A stretch of 64,000 bases of DNA, taken from contig JBBQZX010000024.1 of assembly GCA_038207335.1 (NCBI GenBank), forward strand, positions 1 to 64,000. Direction: 5' to 3'. The notes beneath the pieces were generated by a model, which did no database searches, was not told where the DNA came from, and saw nothing but the letters and a program-made list of their open reading frames with translations. Positions 38,896 through 49,286 of the stretch are shown here, piece by piece. A program made the position numbers and the translations under genes. Each line of letters starts with the position of its first letter. The first letter of the stretch is position 1. Origin of the DNA: Chthoniobacterales bacterium. GTDB lineage: Bacteria > Verrucomicrobiota > Verrucomicrobiia > Chthoniobacterales > Chthoniobacteraceae.

Positions 38896-40110
38896 ATGTC
38901 ATTCAAAGATTTTTCGCTCCTCGACGAGGTCACCCGCGGCGTCGAGGCAATGGGCTACTCCGAGGCGACGCCCATCCAGCTTCGCGCCATCCCGCTCATT
39001 TTATCGGGCAAAGACGTGATGGGCTCCGCCCAGACCGGTACCGGAAAAACCGCCGCGTTTGGCCTGCCGATTCTCACTTTGCTCAAGACGCACGGCGCCT
39101 GCCGCTGCCTCATTCTCGAGCCCACCCGTGAGCTCGCAGCGCAGGTGGAGACAGCCTTCCGCGACTTCGGGCGATACATGGATTTGAAAGTCGCGCTCAT
39201 TCAGGGCGGCGTCGGATTTCAGAAACAGCGCGACGACTTGAAAGACGCCGACATCATCGTCGCCACACCTGGCCGCCTGCTCGACCTCATGGAACAGGGC
39301 GATGTGAAGCTGAAAGACATCCAGTTTCTCGTGCTGGATGAAGTTGATCGGATGCTCGACATGGGCTTCCTCCCGCAGGTCCGCCGCATCGTGGAAAAGT
39401 GCCCTAAGGAGCGGCAGACGATGTTTTTCTCCGCCACGCTCCCGCCGGAAATCTCAACGATGACGACGTGGGTATTAAACCAGCCCGAGGTCATCGAAAT
39501 CGGCTGCCGGATGTCGCCCGCGGAGACGGTGACGCACGCGCTTTATCCCGTGGCGAAAGATCAGAAATTCGACCTGCTCATCGCGTTGCTGGAGCGCACG
39601 AAATTCGATAGCTGCATCATTTTCACGAGCACGAAAATCTACGCCGACCGGATCGCGCATCAACTCCGCGACCTGAAGCACGCGGTCGTTGCCCTGCATT
39701 CGAACCGCACTCAGCGCGAACGCGAGGAGGCGCTCGCGGGCTTCAAATCCGGCAAGTATGAAGTGCTCGTCGCGACCGACATCGCCGCGCGCGGGCTCGA
39801 CATCGCGGGCGTGAGCCACGTCATCAATTACGACGTGCCGGGGCATCCCGAGGATTACGTCCACCGCATCGGTCGTACAGGCCGCGCGCTCGCTGTCGGC
39901 GACGCATTCACACTTTTCACCGCCGAGGAACTCGACGACATCCGCTCCATCGAGCGATTCATCGGCGCGAGCATCCCGCGGCTGAAACTCGAGAATTTCC
40001 CCTACGTTTACACCGCCGTTTTCAACGAGGACAAAATCCCGGCTGGCGGCCCCGGTAAAGGCGTCCGCACGCTCGGCGGCTATTCCTTCGGCGGCCGTAG
40101 GAGACGCTGA
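38896..40110 (+). CDS. DEAD-box ATP-dependent RNA helicase (RhlE-like)
   Basis: Q motif, AQTGTGKT, PTRELA, TPGRL, DEVD, SAT, ARGLD, HRIGRTGR. Confidence 0.94.
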   Translation: MSFKDFSLLDEVTRGVEAMGYSEATPIQLRAIPLILSGKDVMGSAQTGTGKTAAFGLPILTLLKTHGACRCLILEPTRELAAQVETAFRDFGRYMDLKVALIQGGVGFQKQRDDLKDADIIVATPGRLLDLMEQGDVKLKDIQFLVLDEVDRMLDMGFLPQVRRIVEKCPKERQTMFFSATLPPEISTMTTWVLNQPEVIEIGCRMSPAETVTHALYPVAKDQKFDLLIALLERTKFDSCIIFTSTKIYADRIAHQLRDLKHAVVALHSNRTQREREEALAGFKSGKYEVLVATDIAARGLDIAGVSHVINYDVPGHPEDYVHRIGRTGRALAVGDAFTLFTAEELDDIRSIERFIGASIPRLKLENFPYVYTAVFNEDKIPAGGPGKGVRTLGGYSFGGRRRR

Positions 40111-40161
40111 TGTAGCCCCGGGACCGTGATCGCGTCGGTCGCGCGCGCCTGCCGGAATCAG

Positions 40162-40770
40162 CTACAACGGATTCGTCCGCGCGATCAGCCTCTCCTCGAT
40201 CTCCGCAAGGATTTTCCGCGACGGTTCGGTATCGAATTTGTAGTCGTCCACGACGAACTGCTTCTTCTGCCCGCCGAGCTCATATCGCACGACCGCGATC
40301 CCCTTTTTCTCCCACCGCTTTTTCCCGACTCCCGTGATCGCGCCGAATGGTACGCGCGTCCCCGCCGCCGTATAGACCGCCTCCGCATCCGTGCGCACCG
40401 TGCGCCGGATTTGCGTCGCCCAATACGCGAGCGTGATCGCGCCGAAAATCGCAGCCAGACCGCTCAATCCAAACTGCTCGAAGCGTTTGCCGCTGTCCCA
40501 TCGCTCATCCGGCAGCGGGCCATTCGGATGATGTTCCTCGACCCACTTCAGCCACTCGTCGTTCTTAATTCCGAGTTCCTTCGCGCGCTCCGGCCACTCC
40601 TTTTCGCGCCCCGCATCGACGTAACTTTTCCACTCCTTGTAGCGCACGTTTGCGCGCGGATACCCGACCGCGCCGTCGAAGCAAAACCACGCCGCGACCG
40701 CGAAAAGGAACAGCGCCACGAACAGCTTTTGCTTTTTCCAAATTGGTGAGATGCGGGCTTCAGCAGGCAT
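40162..40770 (-). CDS. Hypothetical membrane protein (two TM helices)
   Basis: Two hydrophobic segments, host-like codon usage, co-oriented after queG. Confidence 0.7.
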   Translation of the reverse strand: MPAEARISPIWKKQKLFVALFLFAVAAWFCFDGAVGYPRANVRYKEWKSYVDAGREKEWPERAKELGIKNDEWLKWVEEHHPNGPLPDERWDSGKRFEQFGLSGLAAIFGAITLAYWATQIRRTVRTDAEAVYTAAGTRVPFGAITGVGKKRWEKKGIAVVRYELGGQKKQFVVDDYKFDTEPSRKILAEIEERLIARTNPL

Positions 40771-41830
40771 GGGAGCGCGGAGTCTCAGGCGGCGCGTAAA
40801 GCGCTGACGAGCCCAAACTTTCATCCCGCTCCGCGATGCGCGCGATGGCCCACTGCGCGTGCTCGACGATCAGCGACTCGGCATCGCGCGCGGCGAGCCT
40901 GAGCGCGGGCAAGTCGTCGCATGTGCCCACATTTCCGAGCGCTACGCAAATGTTGCGGAGGAAGCCGCGACGCTTGATGCGCTTGATCGGTGAGCCGCGA
41001 AAAAGCGCGCGAAATCCTTCGTCGTCGAGGGCGAGAAAATCGCGCAGCAAAAAGTCGTGAACGAACGGTCGCGCGGCAAATGCGGACTCGCGCGAGCTAT
41101 GCGCGAAGCGGTTCCACGGGCACGCGTCGAGGCACGCATCGCAGCCGTAAATGCGATCGCCGATGAGCGGGCGCAGATGCTCCGGGATGCTGCCCTTCAG
41201 CTCGATCGTGAGGTAGGAAATGCACAGCCGCGCATCGAGCCGATGCGGCTCGGTGATCGCGCCCGTCGGACACGCCGTGATGCAGCGCGTGCAGGTCCCG
41301 CAGCGATCCGGGAGCGGTTCGTCTGGAGGAAATTCGAGTGTAGTCAGCACCTCCGCGAGGAAGAACCACGTCCCGAGTTTTGGGTGAATGAGCATCGTGC
41401 TTTTGCCATGCCAGCCCGCCCCCGCGAGCGCCGCGAAATCCCGCTCCAGAACCGGCCCCGTATCGACGTAATGCCGCTGCCGCCCGCCCCGCGCCGTGAG
41501 CCAGTCGTCGATGACGCGCAGCTTTCTCTCGATGACGTCGTGGTAGTCATCGCCCCACGCGTATCGCGCGATGCGGCCGCCCGAGGCGTGCCGAGGCACA
41601 GTCGGCGGAAGATAATTCATCGCCAGCACGACCACCGACTTTGCGCCCGGCACCACCTGTTCCGGATCGGTTCTGCGCCCTTCATTTTTGCCCAACCACG
41701 CCATCTCACCCGCGCGTCCATCCGCGAGCCATGCGCGAAATTCTTCCGCGTGCGGCGCCTCCCCTGCGCGCGCAATCCGGCATTCGTCGAAACCCAGTTC
41801 GTGAGCCAGCGCGATCAATTCGTCTTTCAC
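40760..41830 (-). CDS. queG: tRNA epoxyqueuosine(34) reductase
   Basis: ARYAWGDDYH, VDTGPVLER, CGTCTRCITACP, CISYLTIE, GCDACLDACPWN. Confidence 0.95.
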   Translation of the reverse strand: MKDELIALAHELGFDECRIARAGEAPHAEEFRAWLADGRAGEMAWLGKNEGRRTDPEQVVPGAKSVVVLAMNYLPPTVPRHASGGRIARYAWGDDYHDVIERKLRVIDDWLTARGGRQRHYVDTGPVLERDFAALAGAGWHGKSTMLIHPKLGTWFFLAEVLTTLEFPPDEPLPDRCGTCTRCITACPTGAITEPHRLDARLCISYLTIELKGSIPEHLRPLIGDRIYGCDACLDACPWNRFAHSSRESAFAARPFVHDFLLRDFLALDDEGFRALFRGSPIKRIKRRGFLRNICVALGNVGTCDDLPALRLAARDAESLIVEHAQWAIARIAERDESLGSSALYAPPETPRSHAC

Positions 41831-42369
41831 AACTGAGCCTGCCACGAAAACGCCCGGCGCGCTTCCGACGCGATTTTTTCCGCCACTTCATCGTGCTCGA
41901 TGAGCGACGTATCTAGCGTTAAATTCGCTGCCTCCTCGTAAAGCGCGCGCCGCTCCGTGAGCATCCGGCTCACGGTCTCGCGCGGGTTCTCATTTTGCAA
42001 AAGCGGACGCTGCGAGTTCCGTGACACGCGCTCGAAAATCACCTCCTCGCTCGCCGTGAGGCACACGACGAATCCGAGTTCGCGAAGCAGCTCGCGATTG
42101 CGCTCGCTCAGCACGATGCCGCCGCCCGTCGCGATCACGCACAGCTTTCGCACCGCCAGCGAGGCCAGCGCTGCTGTCTCCAGCTCACGAAAATGCGCCT
42201 CCCCGTGACGCTCGAAAATCGCCGCGATATCCATCCCCGCCTCCTCGATCACCACGCGATCCGTATCGACGAATTGGAAATCCATCTTCCGCGCCAACCG
42301 CCGTCCGACCGAAGATTTTCCAGTCCCCATGAAGCCGACGAGGAGGATGTTTTCACGCGCGAAGCTCAC
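41827..42369 (-). CDS. aroK: Shikimate kinase
   Basis: GFMGTGKS, DTD, GEAHFRELE, ATGGG, RPLL. Confidence 0.95.
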   Translation of the reverse strand: MSFARENILLVGFMGTGKSSVGRRLARKMDFQFVDTDRVVIEEAGMDIAAIFERHGEAHFRELETAALASLAVRKLCVIATGGGIVLSERNRELLRELGFVVCLTASEEVIFERVSRNSQRPLLQNENPRETVSRMLTERRALYEEAANLTLDTSLIEHDEVAEKIASEARRAFSWQAQL

Positions 42370-42477
42370 GCGAAAACTTAGAAAGAACCGTGAGAAGTAA
42401 GAAGTAAGAAATGCCCGCGCGCAGCATCGACACGCCTCCGCAAGTTCCTAAATCTTCCCTCCCACTTCCTAAATTCC

Positions 42478-42963
42478 ATGCACACACCACCCGTCGCCGT
42501 CGTCATGGGCAGCGAATCCGATTGGGAAACCATGCGCCACGCCGTCGATGCCCTCGCACATCTCGGCATCGCCAGCGAGCGCCGCGTCGTCTCCGCGCAT
42601 CGCACGCCGGAGCTCATGGCAGATTTTGCGCGCGGCGCTGCGGCGCGCGGCATCCAGGTCATCATCGCCGGCGCGGGCGGCGCCGCGCACCTGCCCGGCA
42701 TGATCGCCGCGCACACCGCGCTGCCGGTTCTCGGCGTCCCCATCGAGAGCCGTGTGCTAAAAGGCATCGACTCGCTCCTTTCGATCGTCCAAATGCCCGC
42801 CGGAATCCCCGTCGCCACCCTCGCCATCGGAGTCGCCGGGGCGAAAAACGCGGGCCTTCTCGCCGCCGCGATCCTCGCCCTGCACGACGACGAGATCCGC
42901 GCCGCACTCGCCGAATTTCGCGAAAAGCAAACCGCCGCCGTCCTCGCCGCGGAGCTGAAATGA
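42478..42963 (+). CDS. purE: N5-CAIR mutase
   Basis: [35 protein letters not shown]. Confidence 0.97.
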   Translation: MHTPPVAVVMGSESDWETMRHAVDALAHLGIASERRVVSAHRTPELMADFARGAAARGIQVIIAGAGGAAHLPGMIAAHTALPVLGVPIESRVLKGIDSLLSIVQMPAGIPVATLAIGVAGAKNAGLLAAAILALHDDEIRAALAEFREKQTAAVLAAELK

Positions 42964-44117
42964 GCATCGTCTCGCCATCAGTCATCACCTTCCCCCCCGG
43001 AAGCGCCGTCGGCGTCATGGGCGGCGGCCAGCTTGGCCGCATGTTCGCCATCGCCGCGCGACGAATGGGATACCGCATCCACACATTTTCCCCCGATGAA
43101 GACACGCCCACCGGCCAACTCGCCGACCGCGAAGTCGCAGCGAGTTTCGACGACGCGGAAGCCGTCCGCGACTTCGCGCGCGGCGTCGATGTCCTCACCT
43201 TCGAGTTTGAAAATATACCCGTGCAGTGCGCCGAGTGGGCTGCGGAGTTTTGCGTAGTCCGCCCCGCCGGACGCATCCTCCACATCTGCCAGCACCGGCT
43301 TCGGGAAAAAGAATTCCTCGATCAAGCGGGGCTCCCGCTTCCGTCATTCCGCGCCATCGCCAGCGCGGGCGAACTTGCCGCCGCCACCGCCGAAATCGGC
43401 CTCCCCGCAGTCCTGAAAACCGCCGCATTCGGCTACGACGGAAAAGGCCAGCGCAAGCTCGCGCCCGGCGACAACCTCGTCGCCGCATGGGCGCCATTCG
43501 CCGGCCAGGCCGCGGTGCTCGAGGCGTTCGTCCCATTCGTCTGCGAGCTCTCCGTCATCGTCGCGCGCGGCATCGACGGCGAGATGCGCACCTTCCCCGT
43601 CGCGCGGAACGAGCATTTAAACCACATCCTCGATTTGACTACCCTCCCATTCGGCGACGAGGCCGTGGAAAAGAGCGCCCGCGACCTCGCCTGCGCCGTC
43701 GCCGAAGCGCTCGACCTCGTTGGTCTGCTCGCTGTCGAGATGTTCCTCCGCGCAGACGGCGTGCTGCTCATCAACGAACTCGCCCCGCGCCCGCACAACT
43801 CCGGCCACTGGAGCTTCGACGCCGCGGTCACGAGCCAGTTCGAGCAGCAGCTCCGCGCCGTCTGCGGCCTCCCGCTCGGCTCGACGGAACTGCTGCGCCC
43901 CGTCGCAATGGCGAATCTCCTCGGCGATCTGTGGGAACACGGCGAGCCCGATTGGGCCGCCGCCGCTGCGTTTGAAAATGTGAAGATTCACCTCTACGGA
44001 AAGACCGGCGCAAAGCCCGGGAGAAAAATGGGCCACCTCGTGGCACTCGGCTCCAACACAGCATCCGCAGCCGACACCGTCCGCGCCGCGAGAGCCGCGT
44101 TGACGGCAAAACAATGA
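42960..44117 (+). CDS. purK: N5-CAIR synthase
   Basis: [42 protein letters not shown] overlap with purE. Confidence 0.96.
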   Translation: MSIVSPSVITFPPGSAVGVMGGGQLGRMFAIAARRMGYRIHTFSPDEDTPTGQLADREVAASFDDAEAVRDFARGVDVLTFEFENIPVQCAEWAAEFCVVRPAGRILHICQHRLREKEFLDQAGLPLPSFRAIASAGELAAATAEIGLPAVLKTAAFGYDGKGQRKLAPGDNLVAAWAPFAGQAAVLEAFVPFVCELSVIVARGIDGEMRTFPVARNEHLNHILDLTTLPFGDEAVEKSARDLACAVAEALDLVGLLAVEMFLRADGVLLINELAPRPHNSGHWSFDAAVTSQFEQQLRAVCGLPLGSTELLRPVAMANLLGDLWEHGEPDWAAAAAFENVKIHLYGKTGAKPGRKMGHLVALGSNTASAADTVRAARAALTAKQ

Positions 44118-44133
44118 GCGAACGAATTCGGGA

Positions 44134-45117
44134 ATGATCGTTCCCGCGCCAGCCATGATCGCCCGCGCGTGCGACCTTCTCGCCGCCGGCGAGCCCGTCG
44201 CCCTGCCGACCGAAACCGTTTATGGCCTCGCCGCCGACGCCCTCCGCCCGGACGCGATCCTGAAAATTTTCGAGGCCAAAAAGCGCCCATTTTTCGACCC
44301 GCTCATCGTGCATCTGCCCGACATCGACTGGTTGGCGCGAATCACCGAAATCCCTCCCGAAAGCCACGCTCTCGTCGATGCGCTCATCGCGAAATTCTGG
44401 CCCGGCCCGCTCACACTCGTCCTGCCGCGGCGCGACATCATCCCCGACATCGTGACCGCCGGCCTCGACACCGTCGCCGTCCGAATGAGCGCGCATCCCG
44501 TCTTCCGCTCGGTCATAGAGCGCTTTGCAAAACCGCTCGCAGCGCCGAGCGCAAACCGCTTCGGCCGCATCAGCCCGACGACTGCGGATCATGTGCGCAT
44601 CGAGCTAAGCGCCCGCATCCCACTCATTGTCGATGGCGGTGCGACCACGCACGGAATCGAGTCCACCATCGTCGCCGTCGAGGGCGCTTCGCTGCGAATC
44701 CTCCGCGCCGGGCCGGTCACGCCGGATGATCTCGAAGGGTTCGCCGCTATCGTTTCGCCAGCAGCCAAACCCACGGAGCGACCTGAAGCCCCCGGCCAAC
44801 TCAAGAGCCACTATGCGCCGCGCACACCGCTCATTTTACAAACCGAAAACCCCCACGGCTCCAGTGAAATCGGCCTCGGCCCGGCGCCAAAAGCCGGCCT
44901 CCTCGCCTGGCGTTTCGCTCCGCCACAACACGACTTCACCGCCATCGAAATCCTCAGCCCCACCGGCGACCTCCGCGAAGCCGCTGCCACGCTTTTCACC
45001 AAAATGCGCCGCCTCGACGAAGCCGGCCTCGACGTCATCTTCGCCGAGCCCGTCCCCGAAACCGGCCTCGGCATCGCCATCATGGACCGCCTCAGAAGAG
45101 CCTCCGCCCGTGAATAG
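44134..45117 (+). CDS. sua5: L-threonylcarbamoyladenylate synthase (Sua5 type)
   Basis: PTETVYGL, K.RP..PLIVH, APSAN, plus SUA5 C-domain (APGQLKSHYAP). Confidence 0.93.
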   Translation: MIVPAPAMIARACDLLAAGEPVALPTETVYGLAADALRPDAILKIFEAKKRPFFDPLIVHLPDIDWLARITEIPPESHALVDALIAKFWPGPLTLVLPRRDIIPDIVTAGLDTVAVRMSAHPVFRSVIERFAKPLAAPSANRFGRISPTTADHVRIELSARIPLIVDGGATTHGIESTIVAVEGASLRILRAGPVTPDDLEGFAAIVSPAAKPTERPEAPGQLKSHYAPRTPLILQTENPHGSSEIGLGPAPKAGLLAWRFAPPQHDFTAIEILSPTGDLREAAATLFTKMRRLDEAGLDVIFAEPVPETGLGIAIMDRLRRASARE

Positions 45118-45159
45118 CCGCGCGCCCAAACTCCTGGAAGCGCGCGCAACACCATCCAC

Positions 45160-46761
45160 ATGACCCAGCCCGTCACCGCTCAAAAAATCAGCACCCGCGC
45201 CGCCGGGGTCGTCGGCCTCGCCGTCATGTGCAGCCGCGTCCTCGGCCTTGCGCGCGAAATCATCCTCAGCCGCCTCTTCGGCGCCGGCTTTGGCATGGAC
45301 GCCTTCATCGCCGCCTTCCGCGTCCCAAATCTCCTTCGCGACCTCTTCGCCGAAGGCGCCCTCTCCACCGCATTCGTCACCACATTCTCCAAGCAAATCA
45401 AAACCGACGGGGACGCCTCCGCGTGGCGGCTCGCCAATAAAATCGCCACCCTCGCCACCATCCTCCTCAGCCTCCTCACCCTCGCCGGCATCGCCTTCGC
45501 CCCGCAGCTCATCGACTTCCTCGCGCACGGATTTTCCCCCGACAAAAAGGAACTCACCGTGACGCTCACGCGCATCATGTTCCCCTTCATCCTCATGGTC
45601 TCGCTCGCCGCGCTCGCCATGGGAATGCTCAACGCCAAGGACGTCTTCGGCATCCCCGCGATGGCCTCCAGTTTCTTCAATCTCGGCTCGATCATCGGCG
45701 GCATTTCCCTCGGCTGGTGGCTCGATCCGCACTTCGGACAACGCTCCCTCATCGGCCTCGCCATCGGTACACTCATCGGCGGCACGCTGCAGCTGCTCAT
45801 GCAATTTCCCGCACTTGCCCGCGTCGGATTTCGCTTCCGCCCCGATCTCGCGTGGCGCGATCCCGGCGTGCGGCAGGTCCTCCGCCTCATGGGCCCGGCC
45901 GTCATCGCGGCCAGCGCCGTCCAGGTGAACGTCATGATCAACGGCAACTTCGCCTCGATGCTCCCCGGCAACGGCCCCGTCAGCTGGCTTGGATACGCCT
46001 TCCGCCTCATGCAGCTCCCCCTGGGCATCTTTGGCGTCGCCATAGGCACCGTCACCCTCCCCCTCATCTCCCGTAGCGCCGCCGTCGGGAACACCGCCGA
46101 ATTCCGCGCCATCCTCGCCCGCGGCATGCGCCTCGCCTTCCTCCTCACCGTCCCCTCCACCATCGGCCTCATCTTCCTCGCGCGTCCTATCATCAGCATC
46201 ATCTACGAAGGGCGCAAATTCTCGGCTTTCGACACCGACCAAACCGCCGCCGCACTGCAGTTCTACTCCGTAGGCCTCGTCGCATACTCCGGCATCAAAG
46301 TCCTCGCCCCCGCCTTCTACGCCATCGACAAGCGTAAAACGCCCATGCTCGTCAGCTTCGCCGCCATCGGCGTCAACCTCTTCCTCAACTGGCTCTTCAC
46401 CTTCCACCTCCGCATGGGCCACCGCGGCCTCGCCCTCTCCACAGGCGGCGTCGCTCTCACAAATTTCGCCGCCCTCTACCTCCTCATGCGCCGCGAGACC
46501 AAGCGCCTCGAGTCCCGCCAGATGCTCGCCACCCTCGGAAAACTCCTCGTCGCAGGCGCGCTTCTCGGCGCGACCTGCTGGATCGCACAGGCCACGCTCC
46601 TGGCAGACTGGGCTCACTTTTCTTTCGTTAAAAAAGCCGCGTTTCTTTTCGTAACGATTACCACTGCTGCGAGCGTCTTCTTCGGCACCGCCACCGCCTT
46701 GAAAATCGAAGAACTCGACGACATCCGCGCCCTCGCGATGCGGAAACTCAGGCGTCGGTAG
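45160..46761 (+). CDS. murJ: Lipid II flippase
   Basis: SRVLGLARE, AFRVPNLLRDLFAEGALS, RLMQLPLGIFG; many TM helices. Confidence 0.95.
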   Translation: MTQPVTAQKISTRAAGVVGLAVMCSRVLGLAREIILSRLFGAGFGMDAFIAAFRVPNLLRDLFAEGALSTAFVTTFSKQIKTDGDASAWRLANKIATLATILLSLLTLAGIAFAPQLIDFLAHGFSPDKKELTVTLTRIMFPFILMVSLAALAMGMLNAKDVFGIPAMASSFFNLGSIIGGISLGWWLDPHFGQRSLIGLAIGTLIGGTLQLLMQFPALARVGFRFRPDLAWRDPGVRQVLRLMGPAVIAASAVQVNVMINGNFASMLPGNGPVSWLGYAFRLMQLPLGIFGVAIGTVTLPLISRSAAVGNTAEFRAILARGMRLAFLLTVPSTIGLIFLARPIISIIYEGRKFSAFDTDQTAAALQFYSVGLVAYSGIKVLAPAFYAIDKRKTPMLVSFAAIGVNLFLNWLFTFHLRMGHRGLALSTGGVALTNFAALYLLMRRETKRLESRQMLATLGKLLVAGALLGATCWIAQATLLADWAHFSFVKKAAFLFVTITTAASVFFGTATALKIEELDDIRALAMRKLRRR

Positions 46762-46835
46762 CGCAAACCTCCCGCTTGCGCATACAGCGCGAGCCTCCGG
46801 CTTGTGCTACAACTCTCCACCAATAACTCGCACCC

Positions 46836-47372
46836 ATGAAGAAAGCCCTCCTCACACTCGTCGCCATCTGGATCGTCGCCGGCGGCATCATCTGGTGGGC
46901 GCGCGCCTCGAAGCCCTCGCCAGAATCCCTCGCCCGATACGTCGAGGCACATCCCCTCGCCTCCAGCGACCACGACAAGACGCTGCGCTACGTCGCCGAG
47001 CAGCTCAATGAACTCGACTACGACCAGCGCCGCGAGATGCGCGTCGGAAAAAAGCTCGACCGATTTTTCAAACAGCTCACTCCCGACGAGCAGTCCCGTT
47101 TTCTCGATCTCACGCTCCCCTCCGGGTTCAAGCAAATGATGGACGCCTTTAACAAAATGGAGCCCGAGAAGCGCAAGAAATTCGTCGAGAAAGCGCTCGC
47201 CGAAATGAAAGCGCATGAGGGGGAAGATCGCCCACCCGGTGCCGACGACGCAAACGCGCAAAAGATCGTCCAGCAGGGACTCCGCTCCTTTTACAGCGAA
47301 GCCAGCGCCGATGTGAAACTGGACCTCTCCCCGCTCCTCGAGCAGATGCAGCGAAACCTGCAAGCCAGGTGA
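46836..47372 (+). CDS. Hypothetical protein with N-terminal membrane anchor
   Basis: 178-aa ORF, N-terminal TM helix, helical body. Confidence 0.75.
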   Translation: MKKALLTLVAIWIVAGGIIWWARASKPSPESLARYVEAHPLASSDHDKTLRYVAEQLNELDYDQRREMRVGKKLDRFFKQLTPDEQSRFLDLTLPSGFKQMMDAFNKMEPEKRKKFVEKALAEMKAHEGEDRPPGADDANAQKIVQQGLRSFYSEASADVKLDLSPLLEQMQRNLQAR

Positions 47373-47425
47373 AGTTGAGAGTTTTTAGTTGAGCGCTTAG
47401 ACCACGGAATCCACCGACTTCCTCT

Positions 47426-48013
47426 ATGACCGCCTTCTCCCATCAGCGCGGAGTGCTCCCCTCCTTCTCTCAACTCTCGGCTCCCAACTCTCATCCGCGC
47501 TCCCGCGCCTTCACACTCATCGAGCTGCTCGTCGTTATCGGCATCATCGCCGTCCTTGCAGCGATCGCATTTCCCGTCACGCAGCGCATCGCAGCCGCCG
47601 CGAAAGCCACGGCCTGCGTCTCCAATTTGCGCCAGATCGGTGCCGCGCTAGGCGTCTATCTTTCTGAAAACAGCATGACCATGCCCGACCTCAAAGCCGG
47701 CCGCAAAATGCTCTCCGACGATGGCCCGGTGATCGACGACACGCTTGATCGCTACGTGAAAAACAAGGCCGTCTTCGCCTGTCCCGCCGACCCGCACTAC
47801 GCGCGCGAATCGGGCACCAGCTACTACTGGAATACCGCCATCAACGGCCAGCACACCGGCGCACTCAACTTTTTCAAACTCAGCGACGAGCACAGCCACA
47901 TCCCCATCCTCGCCGACAAGGAGGGCTTCCATCCCTACCTCGACACGAAAGTGAACATCCTCTACGCCGACGGCCACGCCTCAAAAGACATCAGCTTTGT
48001 CACCGGCCAATGA
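47426..48013 (+). CDS. Prepilin-type N-terminal cleavage/methylation protein with C-terminal NxLYADGH motif
   Basis: AFTLIELLVVIGIIAVLAAI, C.SNLRQIG, FACPAD, NILYADGH (start uncertain). Confidence 0.88.
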   Translation: MTAFSHQRGVLPSFSQLSAPNSHPRSRAFTLIELLVVIGIIAVLAAIAFPVTQRIAAAAKATACVSNLRQIGAALGVYLSENSMTMPDLKAGRKMLSDDGPVIDDTLDRYVKNKAVFACPADPHYARESGTSYYWNTAINGQHTGALNFFKLSDEHSHIPILADKEGFHPYLDTKVNILYADGHASKDISFVTGQ

Positions 48014-48058
48014 GCCGTTGACGAACTCTGCCCTGCAACGAGCGGAGTTATTGGTCGA

Positions 48059-48460
48059 TCAATTCTGTGGAACAGGATCGCATTTTTCCGCGATCACGTA
48101 TGCCACCGCTTGGTGGTCCGTGTGAGTGAGGCTAAGGTGGATTCGAATGATGCCTAGCCGCTTTGCGAGTTCGCTGGCACCGGCATGGAGCAGGATTAAA
48201 GGCGCGCCGTTTTCCCTCCGCTGCACCTCAATATCGCGAAAGCCGAAGCCTGCGCCGATGCCGGTTCCGAATGCTTTCGAGACGGCTTCCTTCGCCGCGA
48301 AACGTGCGGCGAAGTGCGGTCCGGGGGCGCTCATTTTTTCGCAATAGGCGCGCTCGTCCGCGGTGAATACGCGTTCCAGAAATGCCTCTCCGAGTCGCGT
48401 GATGCTGCTCTCGATACGCGCAACCTCCACGAGATCGACGCCGATACCGGCGATGCTCAC
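48059..48460 (-). CDS. acpS: Holo-[ACP] synthase
   Basis: GIGVDLV, AARFAAKEAVSKAFGTG, LSLTH. Confidence 0.95.
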   Translation of the reverse strand: MSIAGIGVDLVEVARIESSITRLGEAFLERVFTADERAYCEKMSAPGPHFAARFAAKEAVSKAFGTGIGAGFGFRDIEVQRRENGAPLILLHAGASELAKRLGIIRIHLSLTHTDHQAVAYVIAEKCDPVPQN

Positions 48461-49188
48461 GGCTGCATGAGCGCGAGCATTTCCGCGACCGCGGTCTCGA
48501 GTCCGACAACGGTCGATCGCGCGACGATCGAGTGGCCGATGTTCAGCTCGACGAGATGCGGGACCGCGACGATTTGGCGGATGTTCGTGAAGTTGATGCC
48601 GTGCCCGGCATTGACTTGCAGGCCGAGATCGGTGGCGCGTTCGGCGGCGGCGCGGATGCGGCTGAGCTCGACGATCTGAGCCGGACCCTCGGCATTTGCG
48701 AACGCCCCCGTGTGCAGCTCGACGATTTGCGCGCCGAGCGTTTTGGCTGCGAGAATTTGCTCCGGCGCGGGCTCTATGAAGAGGCTCACACGAATGCCCG
48801 CCGCTTGCAGGCGCGCGACGGTCGGGGTGAGTGGAATGAGCTGCGCGGCGGCATTCAGCCCGCCTTCGGTGGTGATTTCAGCGCGGTTCTCAGGCACGAG
48901 GCAGACTTCCTCTGGCAGCAGTTGCAGCGCGATATCGACGATCTCCGGCGTGTTGCCCATCTCGAGGTTCATCTTCGTCATGAGGCTCTCGCGCAGGCGG
49001 AACACATCGCGATCCTGAATGTGACGTCGATCCGCACGAAGATGGACGGTGATGCCATTCGCACCCGCGCGCTCGCACGCCGAAGCTGCCGCGATCAAGT
49101 CTGGCTCAACATTCGCAGCCTCCGGTGTGCCTGCGTAACGTGCCTGCCGCAGCGTGGCGATATGGTCGATATTAACGCCTAAAAACAT
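48457..49188 (-). CDS. pdxJ: Pyridoxine 5'-phosphate synthase
   Basis: LGVNIDHIATLRQAR, HLRADRRHI, TTEGGL, ELHTG, NAGHG, ELNIGH. Confidence 0.97.
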   Translation of the reverse strand: MFLGVNIDHIATLRQARYAGTPEAANVEPDLIAAASACERAGANGITVHLRADRRHIQDRDVFRLRESLMTKMNLEMGNTPEIVDIALQLLPEEVCLVPENRAEITTEGGLNAAAQLIPLTPTVARLQAAGIRVSLFIEPAPEQILAAKTLGAQIVELHTGAFANAEGPAQIVELSRIRAAAERATDLGLQVNAGHGINFTNIRQIVAVPHLVELNIGHSIVARSTVVGLETAVAEMLALMQP

Positions 49189-49286
49189 GAGACAGTTTTT
49201 TTACCACCAAGACACTAAGGCGCGGAGGGGAATCGAGGAATCCAGAATGCCTCTTCCTCTTCGTTGCTTCGTGGTTCGCTCTCCCG

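Noticed and set aside
42411..44117. 568-aa ORF suggesting an extended PurK or PurE-PurK fusion
   Set aside because: purE is in another frame and purK starts at ATG 42960 overlapping the purE stop; the same applies to over-extended ruvA, asd and S8 ORFs.
44836..46617. 593-aa antisense ORF over murJ (and similar long shadow ORFs such as 36740-38596, 34928-36382, 1323-2753)
   Set aside because: Expected by-product of high GC and strong codon bias on the real coding strand; the translations have no recognisable motifs.
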